Positions 12,630-24,240 of a stretch of 64,000 nt of DNA are shown piece by piece. The DNA comes from Camelus ferus (Eukaryota). The number at the start of each line of letters is the position of its first letter. Positions within the stretch are counted from its first letter, which is position 1. The translations under genes were made by a program, and so were the position numbers. The stretch is taken from contig NC_045697.1 in the NCBI RefSeq assembly GCF_009834535.1, forward strand, positions 45,014,001 through 45,078,000, given 5' to 3'. The notes under the pieces are model-generated. The model saw nothing but the letters and a program-made list of their open reading frames with translations, made no database searches and was not told the origin of the DNA.

Positions 12630-13040
12630 ACATTACTGAGTGCCAACTATCTGTCTTGGCACCGTGGTAGATTTTTACAAGTGTTTCCTCATTTAACTTT
12701 CTCCATGACCTGTAAGTTATGTCTCATTTCACACAGAGAAGCAGAAGCTCCCAAATCTATTAAATGCCTCCACTGGGATTCAGATTCTGATCTATCCGAT
12801 CCTAATGGCTGTATTCTATTCACTAGTCACTATTCATTAGACAGATACTGTAGATGATTCGTAGAGGGTTCATGGATGGCATATCAGAGTCATTAGCTCA
12901 CTACCAGGCGCTCCATTTTATAGATGCAAACACAGGGTTAAGCACCCATCAGAACTCACATCAAAATTTGATAGCAGATCTGAATCTAGAACCCAGATCT
13001 TGAGCCCCTGTTCAAAGCTCATCTCACTCTATCACATTGC
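12630..13040 (-). mobile_element. Two degenerate MIR fragments
   Basis: aacattactgagtgcc...cctcatttaac; ctccattttatagatg...gaatctagaacccagatct. Confidence 0.55.
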
Positions 13041-13754
13041 CTCTGTATCTCATAATTATATGTGCCCTGCTAGGAGTTTAGCATTTAACTGATTCTCTGT
13101 GCTAAATTTTAAAAAACTGGTTGGTTTAGGCTGCAGAATTCATGCCCAGTGATCAAAAGTCATACTGTATTGTTCTTATCTACCATCATCCCCGTCCTCC
13201 TAAGCATGCAGAATCCACCTTCTGATCATTAGTAGTAACATGCTGCTTTTTAGGTGCAAATAATATGCTGTTGGTGCACTGTCTGAAAGGAATGAACTTA
13301 GTTGTATTTTCAGTAATGGAAATGGATTTTTTTCCCTACCTTTTACCCCGGGTTACAGTAATCCCAAGGGCAATAACAAGGTGTCTGGGATCCACAGACC
13401 TGCAAGATAAATATGGGTACATCTTCCTAGAGCATTAATTTAGCCAACAGCAAGTATTTTTAATCCTTCCTTTAATATTACAGCAAGCATGAATATATTG
13501 TGGAATAGAATGTAAAATTAGAACGAATTTTTAGATAAATAGAAGACTTCAAAGAAGTTATGTGCCCGTAGCCAAATGCTTCAGACTGACATCCTCAAAA
13601 GCATACTGTACCTCTCTCCCTCCTAACATGCGCTCACACCCACATATCCACATACATTCACTCTTCTCTGCCATTAGGGTTGATTTGTTGAAGGAAAATA
13701 GAGAAAATGTGCCTTAGATTCATTACACTCCCAGGCCTTGTCTATTCCTGAAGG

Positions 13755-13975
13755 TATAATGTAGAAGAAAAATTGTGTGCTTTGGAATCAGTAAGCCTTG
13801 AGTCTGAATCTTGAAACCACAACTCCCCAGCTGCCTGACTTCTGTCCTCTGAGCCTCGGTTGTTTGGCTGTATACTGGAGGTGAACTGGCTACATCATGT
13901 GCCTATTTTGATGATTAAATGAGATAAATGTAAAGTGCCAATATCTGGGACATGGAAGGCACTCAAGAAATGGCA
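13755..13975 (+). mobile_element. MIR SINE, degenerate
   Basis: gctttggaatcag...cctctgagcctcggtt...gattaaatgagataaatgtaaagtgc. Confidence 0.7.
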
Positions 13976-14111
13976 AGTGATGATGATCTTATGTATCGTG
14001 GAGGGGCATGAAGAATGGCCAGGGAAATGAGAGAGCTACTGATCCAAGAGGGGTTTCCACCACATCTTGGCTTCTAGAGCATTGAAACAAAGTGCAAGAG
14101 CAAAGTACACA

Positions 14112-14112
<1 letters not shown>

Positions 14113-14156
<44 letters not shown>
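14113..14156. repeat. (AC)22 microsatellite
   Basis: Perfect AC run read directly. Confidence 0.97.
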
Positions 14157-14158
<2 letters not shown>

Positions 14159-14784
14159 ATATACCTGCACTCGTGGGAGGAGGGGAGAAGCAAATAATAG
14201 ATGGGAAAGATTGGACCACAGGAGAGAGGCTTGAGAAGCTTGGAACTTTGGAGATGTGTGGAGTATGAATCAAAGTTTCATAAGAAGACCAAGGGTTACT
14301 CTCCATTCTTGCTGCTTCTTCACAAGTACCAATTTATAAAAGGTTAAGGGAACAACTGGGGTCAGATTCGTTTCTCCCACAGACATTTTGTTTTAAATCT
14401 AGTCTTTATTTTCTTCACATCAGTCGCGGGACGGATCTTATTTGTGATGTTAGAATCAGGAAATACATTGTGCCAGAACTAGTACAACTCAGATTCTGCC
14501 TTAAATTAGGATTTTTTGATTTTCTGGTTTATTTTCCCACTTCCCATTTCTTAAGCTGAGAACTTTAAAAAAAAAAAAAAAAAGACGAGAAAATAACTAT
14601 CACACAGTATTAGGCCCATAGGAAAAAAATGTTTTTGTGAGTCAAGTGCTAATTCATCAGAATTATATAGCTTAAAATAGCTTTAGAGGCTATATATAAG
14701 TTCATAGGCAAAACCCCCTTGGATTTGATTCATCCAAGCTATGAAAACTCTACTGTCAGTTGACAAAACCAGCTGATGAACTCC

Positions 14785-14828
14785 TGCGCCCCTTATGCAC
14801 TCGTGTTTGTGCGTGCCCTCCTGCACGC
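14785..14828 (+). promoter_or_regulatory. Cluster of three TGCRCNC (MRE/MTF1 core) motifs in a CpG-rich patch
   Basis: TGCGCCC 14785-14791, TGCACTC 14796-14802, TGCACGC 14822-14828. Motif match only. Confidence 0.25.
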
Positions 14829-16309
14829 CCCCGCGGTGCACGAAGGCCCAAACGACAGTTCTGTATGGACCCACCTTGGGTTTGATTCTTCCAGGGAAGA
14901 AGTGAAGAGAAGGCAGTTGCTCTGAGGATCAGAAGAGTGTTGAGCTTGGCTTTTGGCCTGGGGGAGGTAGACAGGATGAATTCCAGACCCTTCTCCAGGA
15001 AAGATATTCTACCCACCTCTGTTCTCTCTCAGCTGCCACCTGCAGCTCACTGCACTGAATTTCATCACACTGTTTGGGAATAAGAAGATAAGGGTCCGAA
15101 TACCATCTTCCCTGGCCATAGAGAAGACAACCTCCTGGTCTCTAGTCTTCAAACCAGTAACATCTCCGTGGGTTTCTTACTTAATTCGAACATCTTTGTA
15201 TTTTTTTTAAGTTTTAATGTTGCTTCTAAAAATAGAAATATCAAAGAGAAATAAGAACCTCCCTGAACCACATTCCCCAGTGGGTCTGTCATACCCCTTG
15301 CTCAAATACACTTCTCAGGGCCTCTATTCATTGTCTCTTTTAAGGGTATTCAGGGATACCTGTCCCTTTGAGGAATCAGAAGTAGGTGGAAATGACAAAG
15401 CTCTCAGGAATGAATGCTTACCTTTTTTTCTTCCCTGCCAAACACCTCTGGGGATTGCATCACATCCAGATCTAACAGGGTGAATTCTTGCCTAGTTGGA
15501 AGATATCACTGGCTGGCCTGCTTTGGAGAGCAGATCCACCGATCATCTCAATAGTGTATGACTAAAGCACAGAGGAAGGAAAATGCTGACAGTTTTGATC
15601 AAAGACAGAGATGGTCTAAACCGGATGCAGGCAATTGTTGGGACTAATAGCTTAGGCCCAATGAATCATACTTGCTTCCCAGAGATTTTAGGAACTTGTT
15701 CTGCCTTGTGGCACCAGGACAAGGTGAAAGAGAAGGTATTGAAGAGATCCTAAAAAGTACTTTTTGAGGATCTGCTTCCAAAGAAATGCCTGGGTGTTTG
15801 ATTTGCACACAGTGAAGAGCTTAGATTAATTTCCTTCTCCACTGAATTGACTGTCATTTTATAGAAACAGCCATAATTAGGAATGTTTATTTTCATAATA
15901 CATACTTTCAGATGACAACTCTCGGGGCAGAGGGTCAATGGTATGAATTAACTAAGGTCAAGAACACTTGGCATGTGGAATGAATTATTGTTGCCTACCT
16001 CCCGTTCAGCAGAAGAGGGAAGTTTAAAATTTGAGGCTAAGTGCAAGCCTTCCTAAGACTCTTCTGAGCCACGGGCAGTTACCTATGGAATGTGTACACG
16101 GAGCATTTCTTCATTCTACAATGATTTATTGAGTCAGGCACGATGTAGATGCTGGCAAAAAAACAGAAGAGGAAAGTCCCTGTCCTCACAGAGTCTGTAG
16201 ACCAACAGGGGAGAGACACGTCCAACATTCCCACAGGTGGCTGGAACCCCACACCTCCTTGGGACCCTATCAGCTTCAGTAAGTACTCTGGTCTCTCAAC
16301 TCTGTCAAG

Positions 16310-16460
16310 AGTGTTCTCAAAGTCTGGCCTGCTGACCTGCTACATCTTTGTCTCCTGAAGCTTGTTTGCCATGCATGTTTGTGGGACTCACCCCAGCCCT
16401 AAGGAAGAAAAATCTCTGGCCTTTTAACAAATGTCCCAAAATACTTCTGTTGCCATAAAT
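16310..16460 (+). mobile_element. Degenerate MER5-type element
   Basis: gtgttctcaaagtctggcc...cttgtttgccatgca...ccccagccct...cttttaacaa. Confidence 0.5.
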
Positions 16461-16591
16461 TCTCTTGTTGCCCACTTTAACTGTGATGAGACTTTACAGT
16501 GTTTCTGCAAGAGGAAACACATGAGCAAGCATGTTGGTTTGTGGTGGAGTGAGCACTGAATTTGTGGCTTTTAGACATGACTTTAAATGTT

Positions 16592-16636
16592 TTTTTATTT
16601 TTTATTTTTTTGGGGGGAGGTAATTAGGTTTATTTA
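16592..16636 (-). mobile_element. Tail-only Vic-1 SINE fragment
   Basis: poly-T + ggggggaggtaattaggtttattta is the reverse complement of the tail in the full copies; flanked by tttaaatgtt at 16582-16591 and 16637-16646. Confidence 0.8.
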
Positions 16637-16789
16637 TTTAAATGTTGGTTTCCCCAAGTACAACTTTGCTTTTGAATCTGAGTTTCTTTTCCCCCTAGCC
16701 CACTGAAGTATTGTATGTGATGGTGCCAAGTGCACTGTCTGTGATTGCTTCTTTTAGCTTCTTTATCTAATAACTGATTCATAAATAAT

Positions 16790-17750
16790 GTTAAAACACA
16801 AGCCAAGGACAGGGAGAAGATACTTGCTATGTATATACATAAATTATTATTGTTCAGAATATATGTTTAAATGGATTTCTTTAAATCAGTAGACTAAAGA
16901 CAAATAACTGCATAGAAAAATGAGCAAAGAATGTGAACAGGAAATTGACAGAGAAGGAAACTGAATCAGAAAAAAACTTAATGGGTCACAAGGAAATGTG
17001 AATTAAAACATCCAAGAGGCAGACACCTTTTACTGTAGTCTGACATTAGCAAAAACTAAGAAGTCTGATAATTTGAAGAGCTGTCTCGATGTGGGTGGAA
17101 TAGTATCCTCCTGCACTGGTCTTGGGAATATAAAACCTACTTTCAAGCTATACTGAAGCATCTAGTAAAATTCAAGATAAAATACATAGGTCTTAATACT
17201 CCCACTTGCGTGTCCATACCCAGCAGAAACTCTGGTGTATGTGCGCCAGGCCATGTAATAGGATGGACATTGCGGTTTTGTTTATAAGCGTACACAAAGT
17301 TAGAAACAGTCCACATGTCCACTACAGAGGAATGAATGGGCAAATAAAGTGAGCAGTGAAAAGGGATCATCTAAATCAACTGGTTAGATCTCAAGAACTT
17401 TATGTTGTGTGAAAACAAGGAGAAGAACACAACACTCAATATGAATCACTTGTGTACAAACGATAATATTTTGGGTTGCTTTGTAATGCATGTTTATGTA
17501 TGTAAACTTTTAAAAATGGAATATAAGGTATCAAAACTCATGATATTTGTTGCCTGAGAAGGATGAGGGGAAAAGGACAGGTGGCTGAAGATCTTTGACT
17601 ATATCTGTCATTTAATTCCACTAAAACAAAATAGTAAAACCTGGAAGACAGACAACCAAATGGAGCAGTTGCTCAGCCTGGATCATAGTACAATGAGTGT
17701 GGTTGTATCGTTTTTTGTAGTTTTATGCAACGTTAATGTTTTTGAAAATT
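16790..17750 (+). mobile_element. Old L1 (L1M/L1ME-type) 3' region
   Basis: agggagaagatacttgc...aaaatgagcaaagaatgtgaacagg...aaggaaatgtgaattaaaac...atgtccactacagaggaatgaat; decayed ORF2 end and 3' UTR. Confidence 0.75.
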
Positions 17751-18704
17751 AATAAGTGACACTGAGTGCTCTTCATTGTCTCATGGTGGAAGAAGCTATC
17801 TGGACAGACGAGAAGTAGTTGCTGACCCGGAAATGTGGTGAGGGGTCCTGGTTTACCTACCAGAGGGTCCAGGGTTGGCTGGGGAGTGTTGCAGGTCCCC
17901 AAGAAACTTTCAGGACTTACCCATGGAGGGAGGCCCCAAGAATATGGGCCATGTTTGCGGTATGATTCTATTTATTTTTAATGCTCTCAGCCACTGTTTA
18001 TGTAGACAGCGGAATTATCACTCAGAGACTCAGAGGCTAAATGGCTCTCTTCTTCTCTTCCACGTCGTCCCTCCATCACCCGCCGCTTGCCTGTGGTTTG
18101 GCAACCACACTTGACTGCCTTCCAATCGGCCACTCCTCTTTATTTGTTTTATCTTCCTGTCTGGTAGGTGGCTGCTGTGGGAGTATGAAGGAGACAAGGA
18201 GAGGAGAAAACAAAGAGGGAGGATGTAATTTACTCTGGCTAAAAGAAGGCTATTGCTTGGTTTACCATCCAAAGGGTCAAATTTCACTCCCTGAGCCACA
18301 CGTGATTGTAGAGATGAGGACAACAGGGATTCTCACTTCCAGGCCTCTGAGCAGTTTTGTAAGTGACCCTAAGCTTCTTGCAGCCCATCCTGCAGAAATG
18401 CAGCACACAGAGACACAGAGACACACACACCCACCTCCAGCTTGTTTGGGCAGCATCTCTACCCATGGATAAAAATCAGTATTCAAGAGAGAGCAGTAGG
18501 TTCATTTTCACGTGCTTCTCCACGTACGCATTTATCTTGCAAGCTCAAAGTAATGCAAGTCAAAGAAAAAGAGGGCTTATTTTCCTTTGCAATTAATGTG
18601 TTATTCGTTGGCTTTGACATACCATCTAGGTTTTTCTCTTCTTGGAAACACGATAGATGTTTGTTGATTCTGTCCTGCTAGAAAAACGTTGCCTTAGTAT
18701 AAAG

Positions 18705-18878
18705 CAGCAGATTTCCAAAAAGTGTGCTCTCTGTGCTAGCAGCATCAGCATTATCTGGAAACCTGTTAGAAGTGCAAATTCTTGGGCCCTACCCTAGACC
18801 TACGACTGGTGAAGTTCTGGCAGTCTGTGTTTTAACAAGCTTTCCAGGTAATTCTGATGTAAAAGTTTGAGATCCTCA
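18705..18878 (+). mobile_element. MER5A hAT-Charlie element
   Basis: agcagcatcagcattatctggaaacctgttagaagtgcaaattcttgggccc...gtgttttaacaagc...aaagtttgaga. Confidence 0.85.
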
Positions 18879-19004
18879 GGGGAAGGGTATAGCTCAAAGT
18901 GGTGGAGCACATGCTTAGCATGCATGAGGTCCTGGGTTCAATTCCCAGTACCTCCTCTAAAAAAAGTAAATAGATGAACCTAATTACCACCACCACCACC
19001 CCAA
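18879..19004 (+). mobile_element. Vic-1-type tRNA-Ala-derived SINE with 18-bp TSD
   Basis: ggggaagggtatagctc (A box)...gggttcaattccc (B box)...aacctaattacc tail; TSD aaaagtttgagatcctca 18861-18878 / aaaagtctgagaccctca 19005-19022. Confidence 0.93.
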
Positions 19005-19334
19005 AAAAGTCTGAGACCCTCAATTAAAAAGAAACAGCATAGGACCAAAAATCTGGAGATGTGAGTTCAGATTTCAGTTCGTTTACTTACCAGCTCTGCC
19101 ACCTTGGACAGAAAACCCATTAGGATCCAGTGATTTTATAAAATGTAAACATCAGCTAGTTATTGAATGAGTCATGTCTATGAAAGTTGCATGAAACCTG
19201 TGAAGGATCGTGTGATGTACGTTGTTATGATTGCTGTTATCTCATCCTGGGAGTGGTTTTGTTTGCTAAATCAGATGTCCAGATATAAGCATCTCTTCTG
19301 CTTCTCTTAGAAGCTGTTTACTACTATTCAGAAA

Positions 19335-19526
19335 AAGCTGCCAGATTTAGCAAATAAAAATACAGGACACCCAGTTCAATTTGAATTTCTAATAAACCAC
19401 AAGTTTTTTTTTAAATATAAGTATGTCCTAAGTATTGAATGGACATACTTGACACTGAAAAATTACTCATTGTCTTTAACAAGTACTATATTTAATCTGG
19501 TGTCTTGTATTTACTCTGGTAACCCT
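19335..19526. mobile_element. MER53 palindromic MITE-like element
   Basis: gccagatttagcaaataaaaatacaggacacccagtt...aagtatgtcc/ggacatactt...ctggtaaccct. Confidence 0.88.
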
Positions 19527-19589
19527 TTTTTAAGGGGTCTTTTTTTAAGGTTAGAGAACAGTTTTTATTGATTTCAAAACGTTCATATG

Positions 19590-19982
19590 TAAAAAGGAAT
19601 GCTTTAAGCTGGAAGTAACAGAAACTCCTAGTGTTTTTAATAAACAGTTTATTTCTCTTACATAGCAGGTAGTCTTGGAGAGAGGTGATCCTAAAAAAGG
19701 TTCAGTGGCTCAAAGATATCAAGGATCTGGTCCTGGGTTCCTGTGATTCTCTTGGCCTTTCCCTCATCATCACAGAATGGCTGCAGTAGCACTAAGCATC
19801 ATATCCTCACAGAGTTTTCTTGTCAGACAACTTTATAATGTTAGGAGGAGAAATATCTTTCCCAGAATTTTTTTGAAAACCTGGTAAGTTACCTAGCTTT
19901 TCCAGTCTCCAGAGTGGAAGTGACCAAGGAGGGATGATGGGCTCAGGAGGCACCTGGGGTAGCTAAGTGAAAGTGTCTGCCA
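19590..19982 (-). mobile_element. Old MaLR LTR (MLT1K/L-like)
   Basis: aagtaacagaaac...ttcagtggctcaa...aatggctgcagtagcactaagcatcatatcctcac. Confidence 0.6.
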
Positions 19983-19984
19983 GT

Positions 19985-20230
19985 GTTGGGCAAACATTTA
20001 TTGAGTGCCTACTGTGTGCCAGTCCCTCTGCCTAGTATGAGAAATGTAGGCTATATCAGACGTTTTTGCCCTCCAGGAGCTTATAGTTTATTCAGGAAGC
20101 AGATGTGTCACATGAACCGGTGTGACTGGCTCTGTGGTATGTTAGAGGCATGTGCCAGGTGTGATGAGAGCTCACAGAAGGGCCACTTCTCTTAGGCCAG
20201 GAGGTTCAAAAAGGCCTCCCGAAGACAGTC
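19985..20230 (-). mobile_element. L2 fragment
   Basis: caaacatttattgagtgcctactgtgtgccag...gccctccaggagcttatagtt. Confidence 0.7.
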
Positions 20231-20958
20231 TGCTTAGCACATAGTAGATGTGTGGGATCATGTGAGGATCAGTTTACGTATATACAAATCTTTATTGTGG
20301 TTTCTGGCACATAATAAGCATGCAATAAATGTGAGCTTTTCTAATGATTATTATCCTAGTAGGAGCCAGTGGCTGGCCTGTCACACAAGTGCTCATGTGA
20401 ATGAGGGAGTGTGACCCACCTTACCTGACACAGGGTTAGGAAGCTGAGCAACGAGAGGTGAGAATGAGCAGAAACTGAGTAAAGGGCAGAACCAGGGAAA
20501 TTAAAATGCACAGATCTGAAGAGCTATCTAATCAGTGGTTCTCAAAATTTTAATCTCAGCTCTTTTTCCTTTATGTGTATGAGTGTGTGATCTTCACATG
20601 GCTATTGATGTGAATTAAAATTTAAAATAAATTAAGTAAACATAATAAAGCAACTAAAAACAAATCAAAACATGGGGATACTATGCTGCTTTGTTTTCCA
20701 GTTGTATCATACTTCCCCTCGCCCCACAAAACCCATTCAGATGACCTCCCCCTGCCTCCCGGGTTAATACATTACTGCACTGAAGAGCATGTAGATTGGT
20801 GGGTTTTTTCCCCTGTGGCTTCCCAGGTCTCTGGAGGGTGCCATAGGGCAACCTCAGGGGATGAATGAGAAAGCCAAGTTTTCTGGACTCTGTTGTATTA
20901 ACAATTTCACCTGCCCCTTTCCCCATAACATGAAACACATGCAGGCACACAGACAACA

Positions 20959-20960
<2 letters not shown>

Positions 20961-20990
<30 letters not shown>
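20961..20990. repeat. (CA)15 microsatellite
   Basis: Read directly. Confidence 0.95.
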
Positions 20991-20992
<2 letters not shown>

Positions 20993-21009
20993 CCAAACAG
21001 GGCTTCCAT

Positions 21010-21245
21010 TTAGTCTGGAGGTTAAGAGCCACGACTGGAGAGTCAGACTCCCTGCTCTGTGCTAGCTGTGTGATCTTGGGCAAGTTTCTTAACTTTTCTG
21101 TGCCTCAGTTTCCTCACTTGTAAAACAGAAATGACCGTAAAATTTCTTACATTATAGTGTTAAGAGTGAGAATTTAAATGAGGTTGTCTACCTAGAGTGC
21201 TTAGTACAAAGCCTGGCAGAGTGTAGATATGCAATCACTGTGAAT
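21010..21245 (+). mobile_element. MIR SINE
   Basis: gttaagagc...gctagctgtgtgatcttgggcaagtttcttaacttttctgtgcctcagtttcctcacttgtaaaa. Confidence 0.85.
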
Positions 21246-21284
21246 TATGACTGGTACCACTTTGATTATTAGATACTGGGTTTT

Positions 21285-21439
21285 TAAAAATTTTATCATT
21301 TTTTTGTTTGGGTCTTTTTTGGGGGGAGGAGGGATTAGGTTTATTTATTTATTTATTTAATGGAGGTACTGGGGATTGAACCCAGGACCTCGTGTATGCT
21401 AAGCACATGCTCTACCACTGAGCTATACCCTCCCCCCCC
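21285..21439 (-). mobile_element. Vic-1-type SINE
   Basis: attaggtttatttattt...tggaggtactggggattgaacccaggacctcgtgtatgctaagcacatgctctaccactgagctataccctcccc; degenerate TSD gatactggg/gatattggg. Confidence 0.93.
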
Positions 21440-22184
21440 GATATTGGGGGTTTGAATATGATTTATCTCAAGAAAGAGTTCCACTGCTAAAAAAAAAAAC
21501 AAATGGAGGGGCCACTGTTCTCATTAAACCATCAAACTCCCTTGTTCTGCTCTGAAGCCACTGAGGTCCAGAGAAGTCGTGACTTGTCTGAGGTCATTCG
21601 GTTAGCAGTAGACTTCGGCCAGACATCAGGCCCCCAGACTCTCACTGCAAAGCTTGTACAGGCTCACAGTTCACAAGGTTTTTACAGCTCAGAAGAATTT
21701 CACTTGAATTATTGTAAACCTGGCCACAGATAGCAAGCACTGGGTTCTGTGCTTCGAGGTCTGATGTGAGTAGTGGAGATACTTTCTTTAACAGCAGGTA
21801 TTAGCATCCACTTGGCCCGCTGACAGGACTCCCTTCCGAATCTCTTTTCCATTGCTACCCCAGACCCAGTTCCACTCTCAGCCAATTTAGAAAAGACAGT
21901 CCCTCCTCCTCGCAGGCTGAACCCTCACCGAGCCACACGCTCAGAGAGATGGGCTGAGAAAAAGGACACGTTCTCCCAGAGGAGAAAATGACCCACCTTA
22001 TAGGTATTCCCTTTCCACAGGCTCCCAGCCTAGAGGCTGAGCATTTATTTCTAATTCTTCTTTCTCTTCCCCACATTTCTACATTGCTTTCTACAAAGCC
22101 CTCAGAGGCCTTTTTCCAAAACCTGGGTCTATTTGGTTTCACTAATGTGATCTCTCCCGTTCTCCTCCCTGAGCCAAATAAGTA

Positions 22185-22570
22185 AGAAATCCAATTAAGA
22201 TGGGCTTAGACAACGGGACATGACAAGAAATCTAAGGACGGCAGTTACAGAGTTGATTCGGTGGCTCGATATTGTCAAGGGTGCTGGAGCAGCCTCTCTG
22301 TCATTTTCTTAGGTTCACCTCGTGGTCCAAGGTGACCGCCACAACTCCAGGGATTCTGTCCTCGAAGCCCAGAGTTCTAGGCAGGACCTCCTGCCAGCAC
22401 CTGTCTCTCCTGTTTATGATGGAAGAACACCTTTCCCTGCGTCCCTCAGTCGACTTTCCCTTCTGCTCCAGGATGGGTCCAGCTGTCCGTGGCTTAGCTG
22501 CAGGGGCAGCTGGGAGACTCTGTGGTGGGAGGTGGGCTCTACCAGGTGGGAGGGCGGAGGGGAGGCGTGG
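22185..22570 (-). mobile_element. Old MaLR LTR (MLT1K-like)
   Basis: gttgattcggtggctcgat...cgtggtccaaggtgaccgccacaactccagg...ttagctgcaggggcagctggga. Confidence 0.55.
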
Positions 22571-22571
22571 C

Positions 22572-22979
22572 TGAATGGTCATCTGCTAGGGCTGCCATAA
22601 CGCAATACCGCAGCCTGGCTGACTTAAACAGCACGTTGATTTTTCCACCGTTCTGGAGGCTGAAATTTCGCGATCAGGTGCTCACAGGATTGGTTTCTTC
22701 CAGGGCCTCTCTCCTTGGCTGTGGTTGGCTGTCTCCTTGCTGTGCTCATGGGTTTTCCCTCCGTGTGCATCCCTGGTGCCTCCGTGTGTGTGTCCAAATC
22801 TCCTCTTTGTGTAAGAACGCCAGTCAGATTGAATTAGAGCCCACCCTAATGGTCTCACTTAACTTAATCAGTTCTTTAAGGACCTATCTTCAGTCACACT
22901 CTGAGGTCCTGGGAGTGGAGAGTGGGGGTTACAGCTTCAACACATGCATTTTGAGGGGGGCAGAATTCAGCCTATAGCA
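22572..22979 (-). mobile_element. MLT1A/B-type MaLR solo LTR
   Basis: gctagggctgccataac...gtccaaatctcctc...cagtcagattgaattagagcccaccctaatgg...aattcagcctatagca; explains ORF 22522..22977. Confidence 0.88.
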
Positions 22980-23444
22980 GGAGATGGCTGAGTATACCTG
23001 TCATCTTGCCATATTTCTACCTCTTCCTGGGCCTTTGTTTGTTCTGTCCTTATTCGGAATCACTTTCTCCTTTCCAGGTATCCAAAAGACACTCATTTTC
23101 CAAAACAAATCCAAAGCCCATCTCTCCCAGGAATGCTATTCCTGTGCCTTCTCTCATCTTCCCAGCCCACTTCGATTGACCTCTGCCTCAATTCATATGC
23201 TTGCATCTTCACCACTGAAGATTCGTCAGCCTGGGGATGACTTGATTGGAGCTGAAGAAATGTTATAGGCAAGTCATGACATCACATAGTGTGAATTACT
23301 GTTTAGAAAAAACCTGGGTTTGTATGAAGTTTGGCTGAAGTGAGGGAAAGAGTCATTGTGCTGAGATGGGAATGAGAGTTGAAATCTCTTCTAAAATCTG
23401 CATGTTCGTTTGTCAGTGTCCAGTGTTGAAGTGAGAATTTGAGA

Positions 23445-23644
23445 GGAATATTACTCAGCCATAAAAAAGAAATGAAATAATGCCATTTGCAGCAACATGG
23501 ATGGACCTAGAGATTATCATATTAAGTGAAGTAAGTCAGACAGAGAAGGACAAATATCATATGATATCACTTATCTGTGGAATCTAAAAAAAAAAAACAC
23601 AAATGAACTGATTTACAAACCAGAAACAGACTCACAGACGTAGA
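23445..23644 (+). mobile_element. L1 ORF2-end / 3' UTR-start fragment lacking its tail
   Basis: ggaatattactcagccataaaaaag...tgccatttgcagcaacatggatggacctagag...cagaaacagactcacagacgtaga, then an abrupt end. Confidence 0.9.
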
Positions 23645-23649
23645 GTACC

Positions 23650-23845
23650 TTGCATCTTTTGAGACCTGACTTGTGCATCTTTTCCCTCCCTGTAAAGTCT
23701 CATTACCCACCATTGTCCTGTTGCCCCAACGTCTGTGCCACTGCTCTTTATTCCTTCAACAGACCCAGCACTGTCACTCCTCCAGGCTCTTGCCTTTGCC
23801 CAGAATTCCTTACCCTCCAATCTGGCAAAATTCTACTCTGTTCAT
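23650..23845 (+). mobile_element. L2 fragment
   Basis: ttccttcaacagacccagcac...ctcctccaggctcttgcctttgcccagaat. Confidence 0.5.
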
Positions 23846-23851
23846 TGTCGA

Positions 23852-24240
23852 GGCAAATCCCTTATCAGACATGTAATTTGCAAACACATTCTCCCATTCT
23901 GTGGTTCATTTTTTCACTTTCTTGACGGTATTCTTTGAAGTGCAAAATTTTTAATTTTGAGGAAGTCCAAGTTATCTATTTTTTTCTTTTGTTCCTTGGG
24001 ATATTGTATCTGAGAAGACTTTGCTTAACCCAAGGTCATGAGGTTGCCTTCTGTGCTTTCTTCTAAGAGTTTCAATAGTTTTAGTTTAGACATTTAGATC
24101 TGTGATCCATTTAGAGTTAATTTTTTTATCTATGGTGTGAGGAAGGAGTCCAACTTCATTTTTTTGCAAATGGATACGCACCATTTGTTGAAAAGACCAT
24201 TCTTTCCTTACTACATTGTTTTGGCACCCTTGTCAAGAAT
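23852..24240 (-). mobile_element. L1 (L1MA/MB-type) ORF2 fragment
   Basis: cccttatcagacatgtaatttgcaaacacattctcccattctgtgg...caccatttgttgaaaagaccattctttcc. Confidence 0.85.

Noticed and set aside
22272..22977. Cluster of overlapping 90-150 aa ORFs
   Set aside because: They lie within MLT1 LTR remnants and show no protein-like features.
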